From IMG/VR virus record IMGVR_UViG_3300033997_000478, positions 1-64,000 of that record: a DNA stretch of 64,000 bases; one strand, 5' to 3'. Positions 38,325 through 47,090 of this stretch are shown one piece after another. Below the pieces are notes generated by a model. The model was given only the letters and a program-made list of their open reading frames with translations. It searched no databases and was not told the DNA's origin. The position numbers were made by a program, and so were the translations under genes. Numbering within the stretch: position 1 is the first letter of the stretch; every line of letters begins with the position of its first letter.

Positions 38325-38747
38325 ATGAACCAACCCAAAGGCTTGACTGTCCATTTTGATCCGGCTGAGTTTGCTGGACCGCAGGACAGGCAGTTGCTGG
38401 AAAGCTTGAATCTGGCGATGGCTGATCTGGTCAACGTGGTACTCTGGGTGTGGCCTTCCTTCAAAGACGACCCCAGTCGCACCTATGAGGTGATCGTCGA
38501 TGAAATCGCCGAGATGGTGATGGGCGACGTCGAAGACCATCGGGCCACGGCGCTGTGCGAAGGAGCCGATCAGGTGGTAGATTTGTGCACCCGGATCTAC
38601 AGCCACCTAGAGCCGTCCATCAGGGACCTACCCGATCAGCTGTACGATGCAGTCAATAGCGGACTGCGCTCGGACCTGGACAGCGGAATCATGCATGTAC
38701 TGCGCGAGGTCCCGCAGGGCAAGATGCTGCTCTTGTCGATGGATTAA
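38325..38747 (+). CDS. Array member 2 (hypothetical)
   Basis: AAGGA RBS; 140 aa. Confidence 0.75.
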   Translation: MNQPKGLTVHFDPAEFAGPQDRQLLESLNLAMADLVNVVLWVWPSFKDDPSRTYEVIVDEIAEMVMGDVEDHRATALCEGADQVVDLCTRIYSHLEPSIRDLPDQLYDAVNSGLRSDLDSGIMHVLREVPQGKMLLLSMD

Positions 38748-38901
38748 CATACGGCCCGGCCTCGCCGGGCTTTATGCCGCTAAAAGCCCCTCAGACGCGT
38801 TCTGAGGCCCGTACGTTATTTGCCACACCGTTCCGTAATCTAGTGTATGGAAAGGCCGCCAAGGCGCGCCTGTTGGCCTTCCCTTCAAAGAGACATTTTC
38901 C

Positions 38902-39294
38902 ATGAACCCTCAGACGCGCCAATATCCGAGTAAGTTCGTGCTCTCAATAGCCAATATCGAGACCGAACTGATGGCTTTGACCGAAGCCACAATGCAGCAG
39001 ATGGGCCGCAACAAAGATGACGAACCATTCCGCGATCAACTGATCCGGGCGTGGGTGGTGCATCAGTTGCAGCGTGAGCTGTATCTGACCTTCGATCGAG
39101 ATCGCACGTACAACGAAGCACAGACCATGTTCTTCGAGACCCCGCCGTCGTACTTCAACACCCACCGACACCTGATTGATCAGTTTGTCGGCCAAGTCCG
39201 CCCCGTGCTGAGCGTGGGACCGGACATCCCTTACAACGAGCGCATCTGTACGGTGGAGTTCTGGCTCCCCAACCTGACGCTCAAGTTCCTATAA
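38902..39294 (+). CDS. Array member 3 (hypothetical)
   Basis: 130 aa ORF in the run. Confidence 0.72.
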   Translation: MNPQTRQYPSKFVLSIANIETELMALTEATMQQMGRNKDDEPFRDQLIRAWVVHQLQRELYLTFDRDRTYNEAQTMFFETPPSYFNTHRHLIDQFVGQVRPVLSVGPDIPYNERICTVEFWLPNLTLKFL

Positions 39295-39302
39295 AGAGAA
39301 AA

Positions 39303-40025
39303 GTGACCGCCATGGCAAATCTGCCTGAAAGTAAGTACTTCATCATCTCCATCGCCGAGGAGGTGGATGTGCTGATGATGAGTATCGAGGAAATGGCGGC
39401 AGGCATGTTCGACAACAACCCTCTGCGCCAGCAGTTGCTGCCGGCAGTATCGGAGGAGACGAAGGGGTTCAACCCCGTGACGTGCGCAGAGCTGGCCAAA
39501 GCGTACTACCTGAACTGTCTGCAGGAAACCGCCCTGTGGATGGAAAAGGCCGGTACCAAACAGGACTACGTGGTGGACCAGCTGGGGGTGATGATCCCGA
39601 TGTGGAATGATGTCGATTCCAAGACGCAAGATGACATCGTCCGTTTTGTTGAGGCAGCCTTTGCCGAAACGGCCAACGACAATCTGGTGCTGTTCGATGG
39701 CCCAGATCCGAATTGGCGTGTGTGGGCCGCACGCACGCTCAGCACCAATGCACTGGTGTTGGAGAATGTGGGCGACTTCCGCATTCTGGATTGGGAGCGC
39801 CGAATGGGCCTGACCGAACAGGCCGAGAAGGACGGCGTGGAAGTTTCCGAAGATGCGTGGGATGTGGATGAGGATATGCGTACCTTCGCCCAGCTCAACA
39901 GCATCCGGGCCAGCAAGTCGACCTCGGTCCGGTTGTATGCGGTGGATGTACTGGATCATCGCAAGGCCAAGGCTCAAGGTCGCGGTAGCAGGATCGTCGC
40001 CCGTGCAGTCCGCCACGACCTCTAA
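39303..40025 (+). CDS. Array member 4 (hypothetical, C-terminally extended)
   Basis: 240 aa; an alternative ATG lies at 39312. Confidence 0.75.
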   Translation: MTAMANLPESKYFIISIAEEVDVLMMSIEEMAAGMFDNNPLRQQLLPAVSEETKGFNPVTCAELAKAYYLNCLQETALWMEKAGTKQDYVVDQLGVMIPMWNDVDSKTQDDIVRFVEAAFAETANDNLVLFDGPDPNWRVWAARTLSTNALVLENVGDFRILDWERRMGLTEQAEKDGVEVSEDAWDVDEDMRTFAQLNSIRASKSTSVRLYAVDVLDHRKAKAQGRGSRIVARAVRHDL

Positions 40026-40038
40026 ACTACCCCCCTCG

Positions 40039-40500
40039 TTGCGACAGACCAATGCGCAACGTCGCTTCAACCCCAAACCACGGCACATCATCGTCGACCT
40101 GAAATGGTTCGGCGAACGGATCGAGACCACCATTGAGCATTACTTGGGAACGGCCTCGTTCGTGGACTACTCCGTGTTGGCAGACTTCATCGCTGGCGGG
40201 CTGGAACAGATTTTTTACGGGGCAGCATTTACTGGTGAGGCCACGCTGGAAGGTCTGTTGGCTGAGTACCGAGTTCCCCGTGACGTAGCCCGTCAATTGC
40301 TCGATGAATTGGACATCGCAGTCCAGCGGTATTTCGACCAGGAGTTCGGTGGTCGAGATTCAGCCAACGAATACAACTTCCGCCTACTCTCGGCCAATAC
40401 GGTGATCCTCACCGAAAGCCAGCCGGTTCCAGAGTTTCGGAAGGGCTACCTACTTACGGAGTCACCGCATGACCTTTACATCGAGGTACCAACTCTCTGA
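40039..40500 (+). CDS. Array member 5 (hypothetical; start uncertain)
   Basis: In-frame TTG at 40039; HIIVDLKWF ... YNFRLLSANTVIL. Confidence 0.65.
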   Translation: MRQTNAQRRFNPKPRHIIVDLKWFGERIETTIEHYLGTASFVDYSVLADFIAGGLEQIFYGAAFTGEATLEGLLAEYRVPRDVARQLLDELDIAVQRYFDQEFGGRDSANEYNFRLLSANTVILTESQPVPEFRKGYLLTESPHDLYIEVPTL

Positions 40501-40984
40501 TCACGAGGATGACCGCGCGGTCGACTACACCAACGTGATCATCCCCATCGAAGATGTGTGGCATGAGCTCTATCAAGATTACCGACTCTTCTCACATCTG
40601 GAGTTGGACCCAAGCGAAGTGATCAAAGCGGCCATCGCCTACGCAATCGCTGGCACCCGCACTGATGACAGTCCGTTGGTCTTCACCAACGCCTTCGCTC
40701 GTGTCAACGCCCACATGCAGGCCTATCAGCTGATCGTCGACCGGGCGCAGTATCCGGACGAGGTGATGCAAGAGGGAGCTTCGCATCTAGACGTCCATCG
40801 GTTGGTGGACATTATCGGTAAGGTCGCTTATCGTCTGACCGAGGCACTGCTGCTCAACCTTGGCACTGTGCCACTGCAAACCCGTCTTCACCGATTCCTC
40901 GGCCGAGACATCATTCTTCTGATACCAACCGAGGTACACCGTGGGCATGAACGTAATCTTGCCCGTTCGAATTCCCGACTCTGA
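40469..40984 (+). CDS. Array member 6 (hypothetical)
   Basis: Overlaps its neighbours; VIIPIE ... RLHRFLGRDIILL. Confidence 0.72.
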   Translation: MTFTSRYQLSDHEDDRAVDYTNVIIPIEDVWHELYQDYRLFSHLELDPSEVIKAAIAYAIAGTRTDDSPLVFTNAFARVNAHMQAYQLIVDRAQYPDEVMQEGASHLDVHRLVDIIGKVAYRLTEALLLNLGTVPLQTRLHRFLGRDIILLIPTEVHRGHERNLARSNSRL

Positions 40985-41369
40985 TCGAGTTGCGGTAGAA
41001 CGGGCCATGGAAGCATGCCGGAACAAGCTGGACTTCACCGACTTTCTGATGCTCGCCTTCGAGTATTGGGATCTGGGCGATGACGGCCAGTATTCCGGGA
41101 TGCAGGACGACGCTCTCCGAGATGTCTTGCGCGGCCACCTGAACAAGGTGCTGCCTAAGATCGTCCATACTTACGCCCAGCTGGAACAGCTGACGGCGTT
41201 GGTGATGCACGCAGTGACGGTATTCCGTACCGCCGCTTACACTTCACTGGGCCCCATCGTGGAGTCCCTCAACGCACCGGTGACGATGTACTTCGTGCGC
41301 TATTTGGCACAAGACGTCATGGTGCGGATCGAACCGGAATGGGAGGCTACGTCTCATGAGCAGGAATGA
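40941..41369 (+). CDS. Array member 7 (hypothetical)
   Basis: VILPVR ... YFVRYLAQDVMVR. Confidence 0.72.
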   Translation: MGMNVILPVRIPDSDRVAVERAMEACRNKLDFTDFLMLAFEYWDLGDDGQYSGMQDDALRDVLRGHLNKVLPKIVHTYAQLEQLTALVMHAVTVFRTAAYTSLGPIVESLNAPVTMYFVRYLAQDVMVRIEPEWEATSHEQE

Positions 41370-41835
41370 ACGAGACCGCGCCTACCTGGTCTTCAATGGC
41401 CGGGAGATCATCGGTGAGATCAAGCCGTCCTCGACCTTGCTGGAAACCCTGGAGCTCACCCCGCGTACGGTCGTGCGTGAGATCTTGGAGGTGGTGTTTA
41501 GCGCCAACAAGTACCAGCATATCCAGCCGCCGATTGCCGCAGCCCACATCCCCGGTGCTGGCCAGTTGATCCGCGCCACCTACGCAGTGCAGGAGATGAT
41601 CGAATCCAACTGGATGGAGCAGCTGGAAGAGACCTCTGAGATCGCCCGCCGAGCTCGGGAGGACATAGCCGCCCTGCGTCAGCTGTTGTATTCGATCTGG
41701 ACTCTGATCAGTGATGAGCTGATCTATCTGATTGAAGCCTTCAAGCTCAGTGACGCTGAGATCCGCGATCTGCGTTTTGAACGCTGGATCGATGAGGACT
41801 TCATCGTGTCCATTCCATCCCGCCGGAGGAAGTAA
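41356..41835 (+). CDS. Array member 8 (hypothetical)
   Basis: GGAGG RBS; YLVFNGRE ... LRFERWIDEDFIVS. Confidence 0.75.
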   Translation: MSRNERDRAYLVFNGREIIGEIKPSSTLLETLELTPRTVVREILEVVFSANKYQHIQPPIAAAHIPGAGQLIRATYAVQEMIESNWMEQLEETSEIARRAREDIAALRQLLYSIWTLISDELIYLIEAFKLSDAEIRDLRFERWIDEDFIVSIPSRRRK

Positions 41836-42350
41836 TGCAGAAACCCAAGACGATCGCCCGCTACGGGCAGATCAGGCCGGCCAGGCTGATCTTGGACCCG
41901 CAACTGAGTGACGAGCAGATCATCGCCCTGAATCAGTTCACCTACGAATGCGATGCCACGTTGACGGGCACGGCGAAAGCGCCGGTGTGGATGATGGTGG
42001 CACAAGGCATTTTGGATGTGGTGTGTCGCCATGAACGCGACCATGTCACTGCCGTGGACACAGCAGCAATGCTGGGCAGTCAACCCAAGCCCGCACGACC
42101 GCAGGTCGACCCCAGCGAGTTGTGTGATCACGTCTATGGCTTGTTCGAGTCATTGCCGATTCCGATGCTCAATGCCGAACGGGTCTACGACGAACCGATG
42201 CGTACGTTGCTGGTCCATCTGTACGAAGCAATGCAGCAGTACGTCCCGCAGCTGCTCGGTACTTCGATGTGGTCTCGTTTCGAGAACTTCATCCAAGTCG
42301 AACGTTTCGGCTCGCGTATGCTGGAGCTGCACTTTACGAGGCCGGTGTGA
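41835..42350 (+). CDS. Array member 9 (hypothetical)
   Basis: TAATG coupling; RLILDP ... IQVERFGSRMLEL. Confidence 0.75.
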   Translation: MQKPKTIARYGQIRPARLILDPQLSDEQIIALNQFTYECDATLTGTAKAPVWMMVAQGILDVVCRHERDHVTAVDTAAMLGSQPKPARPQVDPSELCDHVYGLFESLPIPMLNAERVYDEPMRTLLVHLYEAMQQYVPQLLGTSMWSRFENFIQVERFGSRMLELHFTRPV

Positions 42351-42727
42351 GTTACTCACTCCCGACTCGGGTGGTCCTCTCCGGCCGCGAGGCCGGAGTG
42401 CGACCGCAATCCTTGATTAACGGCATGATCCAGCGCCCCATGGACCTCAATGCCTACGGCGACATGATGGTCCAGATGATGCGGGCAGTGCACGACAACT
42501 GGTCAATTGCCCAGCGCTCAGAACTGGCGATGTATTTCCTGCGTGGCTTCGAATTGAAGGACGTGGAAGACCCCGGCTTTGACCAACGCATCATGTTGGA
42601 AGCGGTCAACTTCGGTGCACTGATGTTCCTTGAGAACTGGCGCGCAGCAGTGCCGAGCTGGGTACCTCTGAACCAGTACCATTTCGATCGCTGGATTGGC
42701 TGGGACTTGGTCCTGGTCAGGCAGTAA
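42347..42727 (+). CDS. Array member 10 (hypothetical)
   Basis: GTGA coupling; RVVLSGRE ... YHFDRWIGWDLVLV. Confidence 0.72.
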   Translation: MSYSLPTRVVLSGREAGVRPQSLINGMIQRPMDLNAYGDMMVQMMRAVHDNWSIAQRSELAMYFLRGFELKDVEDPGFDQRIMLEAVNFGALMFLENWRAAVPSWVPLNQYHFDRWIGWDLVLVRQ

Positions 42728-42761
42728 GGTATGACACCTTTCTTTTTTGTAGGCGCATGCC

Positions 42762-43169
42762 ATGCTCAATCAATCTGACATCGTCCTGGGCACGACCGTC
42801 ACTTTCGATCTGTACCCGTTTGCCCTGTTCGGCACGACCATCAAGAATGCGAAGGTCCTCTCGCTGCTCGATGGTCAAACCGCCCAGGTGCTAGGCTACG
42901 ACCCCCGTAGCCTGCATGTACAGGTCTACCCGACCCTGCCGCCCGGTACGCCCGACGGCTTTGACAAGTACTTCTACCTCCAGGTGCTGCTGCCCTCCGG
43001 TCAGCGCGCCGTCTACGGCCTGCCGTGGATCAAGAGCGAGACGTACAAGACTGAAGTGATGCGCGACATCATGATCCGCTTGAACGGGGTCACCCCGGAC
43101 AAGGAAAATCAGATCCGTCGCGCCCTGGCCAACATCGACCAGCCGATCACTTCGCTTGATGTAGTGTGA
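42762..43169 (+). CDS. Conserved jumbo-phage protein upstream of the DNA polymerase (gp49-like by position)
   Basis: 135 aa, beta-rich; VTFDLYP ... VYGLPWIK. Confidence 0.65.
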   Translation: MLNQSDIVLGTTVTFDLYPFALFGTTIKNAKVLSLLDGQTAQVLGYDPRSLHVQVYPTLPPGTPDGFDKYFYLQVLLPSGQRAVYGLPWIKSETYKTEVMRDIMIRLNGVTPDKENQIRRALANIDQPITSLDVV

Positions 43170-43322
43170 ACGACCGGTTTTTTCTCACAGACAAGCAGCT
43201 ATAGTGTGGATGACATCGGCGGGTGGCATCCATCAGCCACGGCGTTTTTCGGTTTCGACGTGGCGCTTCGGAATGGTGTCTGTGACACTAACCATTTGGC
43301 GCTCTGCCTGTGCGACGATGGT

Positions 43323-43360
43323 GGGAGGTCCCGTTTGGGGCCTCCCTTCTTTTTATGCCG
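43323..43360 (+). terminator. Hairpin followed by a U-tract and TTATGCCG
   Basis: GGGAGGTCCC-GTTT-GGGGCCTCCC-TTCTTTTTATGCCG. Confidence 0.75.
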
Positions 43361-43422
43361 TTTAGGTGTGATTTGCTTTTTTATCAGCGAGTATAATGGA
43401 GTAGGTAGGAAGTGGATAGAAC

Positions 43423-45642
43423 ATGCATCATTTCGTAAATCCGGCTGACACGTACGTCCGCAAAGTCGACATTCGACGCACGTATGTCGAGGACACAGCG
43501 CGTTACCTGTCGCTGATGACCAAGCAGCCCTATGACTACTGCTTGAATTTCGTATCAACCCTGGTCGGCCCCGGCGGCACCATGGAGATGAAAGACCCGG
43601 AAGTCATGGTGCTACGCCGTGGCGAGAACGGGGACCGCGAGAAGATCTTCACCACGTTCGGGGGATTCCTGCAATCGGTGTATTCCGAGAACCAGATGCT
43701 GTCCCCGTCGATGACCGCTTATATCCACCCGGACAAGCAGAAGTCGATCCTGGCTCTGTACATTGACGGCAACTTGCAGCTTCGTAAAGAGGCCAAGCAT
43801 GAGATGTTCGTCGCCCAGATGGCCGGTGATGAGATCAAGCGCAAGATCCAGAACTCCAAGCAGACCACGTTCAAGATCAAGAACAACTCGCTGTCGGGCG
43901 CGCACAGCTCGCCGTACACGATCCTGTGGAATAAGTCCAGCCACTCCACGCTGACCTCCACCTGCCGTGTTGCCGTGTCCTACGGCAACACCAACAACGA
44001 GAAGTTCCTGTACGGTAACCGGCATTACTGGTGCCCGGACGTGGCCCGCAATAACATCATCTCCATCATCAACCACACCGATCTGGAGAAGGTCGCTGCG
44101 GTAATGACCAAGTACGGCCTGAAGGCGCCCAGCGTGGAGCTGGTGATGTCGTTGCTGGAACGCTCCACGGAGAACTACTGGCGCAGTACCGAGGAAATGG
44201 CCCGCCTGCGACTGCTGGTGGAGGCACTGGACGATACCCAGCGTTCGGCCTTCGCCTACGTCTCAGATCTGTACCACCTGTCGCTGGGTAACGATGAGTT
44301 CGTTCGCGAGTTCTTCCGTCGCATGTCCAAGCATGACCTTGAACCCATCACCGATATGGACGAGGCCGACAAGTGGACCAGCAAGAAGATGATGGACGAC
44401 AACCTGCTGGCCTTCGTTGGCATGTTGTGCTCGGAAGAGCTGGGTGGCGGTACGCTCAATAACGTCCACGGCGATAACACCAACCTGAAGCTGAAGGACG
44501 TTCGTCCCAAGGACTATGGCGTGTTCGCAGCCACGGTGCGCAACGTCCATGAAACGCTGGACTACTACGAAGATTTCATCCGTGCATTCTGGGTCACCCC
44601 CAACCTGCCGGCTTCGGTCTTCCAAGCGCCGAGCATCATCCGTCGTGGCGCCATTGCCTCGGATACCGACTCGACCATCTTCACCGTGCAGCACTGGACC
44701 ATGTGGTATCGTGGCCAGCTGGACTTCACCAAGGAGTCTGAGGACGTCGCATCGACTGCGGTGTATCTGGCCGGTCAGCTGATCCGTCACGTTCTGGCAA
44801 CCACCTCCGGTGCAATGGGTGTGGCCAAGCAGTTCGTTAACAAGCTGTCGATGAAGAACGAGTTCTACTTCAAGGTGTTCTTCTTGACCTCCCGTGCCAA
44901 GCACTACTACGCCTATCAGGCAGCACAGGAAGGTAACGTCTTTAAGAAGATGAAGAAGGAGATCAAGGGTGTTGCACTGCGCAACTCCAACATCCCGCCT
45001 TCAATCACCAAGAAGTCCAACGCGCTGCTGACCTACGTGATGGATTCGGCACTGCGACTGGAAGAGATCGATCCGCGTCGTCTGCTGCGTTACGTGGCCA
45101 AGGTGGAAGATTCCATCCGTTCTGAAGTGTACCGTGGTTCTTACGACCTGCTGGCAACGGTGGGTATCAAGGCACCTGATGCGTACAAGAAGGGCGAGGA
45201 CACCCCGGCTTATCAGCACTACCTGATGTGGGAGGAGGTCTTTGCCACCACCTACGGTCATGCCCCGCCACCGCCCTACGGTGCGGTCAAGGTTCCGGTC
45301 AAGCTCGAGAAGAAGATCGAGATGAAGGAATGGCTGGACAACATGGAAGACCAAGTGATCGCAGATAAGTTGCGCGCTTGGAATGCCAACACAAAGGGCA
45401 CGATGGCTGTCATGTACCTGCCCGAGCAGGTGTTGGGTATGACAGGTATCCCCAAGGAAATCATCGCCGCGGTGGACATCCGTCCGCTGATTGCGCAGAT
45501 GATGGAAGCGTTCTACCTGATCCTTGAGTCGGTGGGCCTTTTCATGAAGAACGCAGACAACACCCGTCTGGTCTCCGATGAAAAGTGGCTGCTGCGTGAG
45601 GACTGGCCGCTTCCGGAACTGGACATCGACCATTTGGGTTAA
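43423..45642 (+). CDS. Family B DNA polymerase, polymerase domain (phiKZ gp50-like)
   Basis: KIKNNSLSGA (motif B-like) and ASDTDSTIF (motif C); no exonuclease domain, consistent with the split polymerase of phiKZ-like phages. Confidence 0.9.
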   Translation: MHHFVNPADTYVRKVDIRRTYVEDTARYLSLMTKQPYDYCLNFVSTLVGPGGTMEMKDPEVMVLRRGENGDREKIFTTFGGFLQSVYSENQMLSPSMTAYIHPDKQKSILALYIDGNLQLRKEAKHEMFVAQMAGDEIKRKIQNSKQTTFKIKNNSLSGAHSSPYTILWNKSSHSTLTSTCRVAVSYGNTNNEKFLYGNRHYWCPDVARNNIISIINHTDLEKVAAVMTKYGLKAPSVELVMSLLERSTENYWRSTEEMARLRLLVEALDDTQRSAFAYVSDLYHLSLGNDEFVREFFRRMSKHDLEPITDMDEADKWTSKKMMDDNLLAFVGMLCSEELGGGTLNNVHGDNTNLKLKDVRPKDYGVFAATVRNVHETLDYYEDFIRAFWVTPNLPASVFQAPSIIRRGAIASDTDSTIFTVQHWTMWYRGQLDFTKESEDVASTAVYLAGQLIRHVLATTSGAMGVAKQFVNKLSMKNEFYFKVFFLTSRAKHYYAYQAAQEGNVFKKMKKEIKGVALRNSNIPPSITKKSNALLTYVMDSALRLEEIDPRRLLRYVAKVEDSIRSEVYRGSYDLLATVGIKAPDAYKKGEDTPAYQHYLMWEEVFATTYGHAPPPPYGAVKVPVKLEKKIEMKEWLDNMEDQVIADKLRAWNANTKGTMAVMYLPEQVLGMTGIPKEIIAAVDIRPLIAQMMEAFYLILESVGLFMKNADNTRLVSDEKWLLREDWPLPELDIDHLG

Positions 45643-45652
45643 AAATCGACTG

Positions 45653-45700
45653 ACGGCATAAGCCCCCTAGCACTCCTCACGGGGCGCTAGGGGGTGGTGC
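45653..45700. terminator. Hairpin between convergent genes, preceded by CGGCATAA
   Basis: CCCCCTAGC...GCTAGGGGG. Confidence 0.72.
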
Positions 45701-45701
45701 C

Positions 45702-46790
45702 TTACAGGTACGGCTTGATGCCGCGGTCGATCAACATCATGATCTCATCAAAGGTCTGCGCAGACAGCGCGTTGCGCAAAGCGCCGTTACCTTCGATGTA
45801 TTGCAGATGTCGACGGATGTAGTTCAGGTACTGGTAGTTGCGTTGGTTGTCGGTGTTCCGGTTGAACTGGACCAAGAAGGCAATCAGCATTACACGAGCC
45901 AACAACACTGCCCAGGAGATCTGGGTAGAGTAGGCCTGTTCCGGCAACCGTAGTGTCTCGTGTAAATCTTCAGAGGAAACCGTAGGAATGTGAGACACCA
46001 ACGTGTCAAAGTCCCACCGCTTGGAACTGGCCAGCATCAGCCAGCGTTCCAACAGGCTGTCCACCTCTTTATCCCAGTTGGTGACGAAGAAGGTGTGGTG
46101 ACGTTCAGTATCGCGGGGTGATTCAATCCCGAAGTACAGATTCGTCAGGCGGTTGAGGATGGCGATGTCAGCGTAGGAGTCGAGCATGTTGGGCAGCGGG
46201 TACGCTTGCAGGAACTGACCAACCGTTCGTGGGGATTCGTCCACCACGCTGTTGGCCCGGCGCCACGCACGGTACTGACTGGCCAGCATGGGGATATTGA
46301 TCGAGATGACAGCAATGCCACTTTCAGTTGACGCGAACTGATCGTCGGCCACTGGCATATTAAGGGATGTCATCGGATGGTACAGGTAGCGAATGGGACT
46401 TAGCTCCTCCCATCGCTCCAGTCCCGCCTTGACGTCCCATTGATCGGTATCGGCAATGATGACTTCTTGTACCTTATTGCCCAAGAAAGGTCCAGGACGC
46501 CAGAGTTGTCCACGAGAGAGAGCCGAGGTCATCTTCAGGCTCTGCGTGAACAGAAGTGCGACGTCGGAAATCTTGTCGTTGAAGACCTGATCGGTAGGTC
46601 CATTCGAATAGGGAATCGAACCCATCAGCCGCAACAGCAGATGGCCACCCGTGATGTTGCGGGGATTCTCCCGACGGTACTTCTTGACACGTTCCACCGT
46701 CAGGCGCAGTCCATCACGGACACGCCTGAACTCAGGAAAGGTCATGCCGCCTCCAAAGTTCAGAGGCGACTGGTTCAGCAGTTGGTACAT
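45702..46790 (-). CDS. Conserved jumbo-phage protein (gp52-like by position)
   Basis: 362 aa between the DNA polymerase and chimallin genes, on the opposite strand. Confidence 0.62.
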   Translation of the reverse strand: MYQLLNQSPLNFGGGMTFPEFRRVRDGLRLTVERVKKYRRENPRNITGGHLLLRLMGSIPYSNGPTDQVFNDKISDVALLFTQSLKMTSALSRGQLWRPGPFLGNKVQEVIIADTDQWDVKAGLERWEELSPIRYLYHPMTSLNMPVADDQFASTESGIAVISINIPMLASQYRAWRRANSVVDESPRTVGQFLQAYPLPNMLDSYADIAILNRLTNLYFGIESPRDTERHHTFFVTNWDKEVDSLLERWLMLASSKRWDFDTLVSHIPTVSSEDLHETLRLPEQAYSTQISWAVLLARVMLIAFLVQFNRNTDNQRNYQYLNYIRRHLQYIEGNGALRNALSAQTFDEIMMLIDRGIKPYL

Positions 46791-46880
46791 TTCGCCTCCA
46801 CGGGAGATGGGTCACGGCTGTAAGGTTGGGGTCATAATATCCCGCCCAGATAACTCTTGAGTAATTCTTTACGACAATTG

Positions 46881-47006
46881 TACTATGTTGTAGGAGATGT
46901 ACGCTCCAGACCGCTCTTCGGAGAGGTCTGCAACCTGGAGGGTATATTCTCGACCGGTGGTAAGGGACAGAAAAACCGATTCAACCATTCTGAATCCCCT
47001 TACTAT
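46881..47006 (+). promoter_or_regulatory. Two TACTAT elements upstream of chimallin
   Basis: TACTAT at 46881 and at 47001 in a 300-nt AT-richer intergenic region. Confidence 0.5.
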
Positions 47007-47090
47007 CTACTTGACACTGGAGGAGAGCGTTCTTTCCGGTGTTCGCGCGAACATCCACGATTTATCAAAGGCAACCGAGGTTTTTAAGAA

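Noticed and set aside
25275-45642. Inteins or introns in the terminase or DNA polymerase genes
   Set aside because: Both frames are continuous, near the expected size, and lack intein C...HN or LAGLIDADG signatures.
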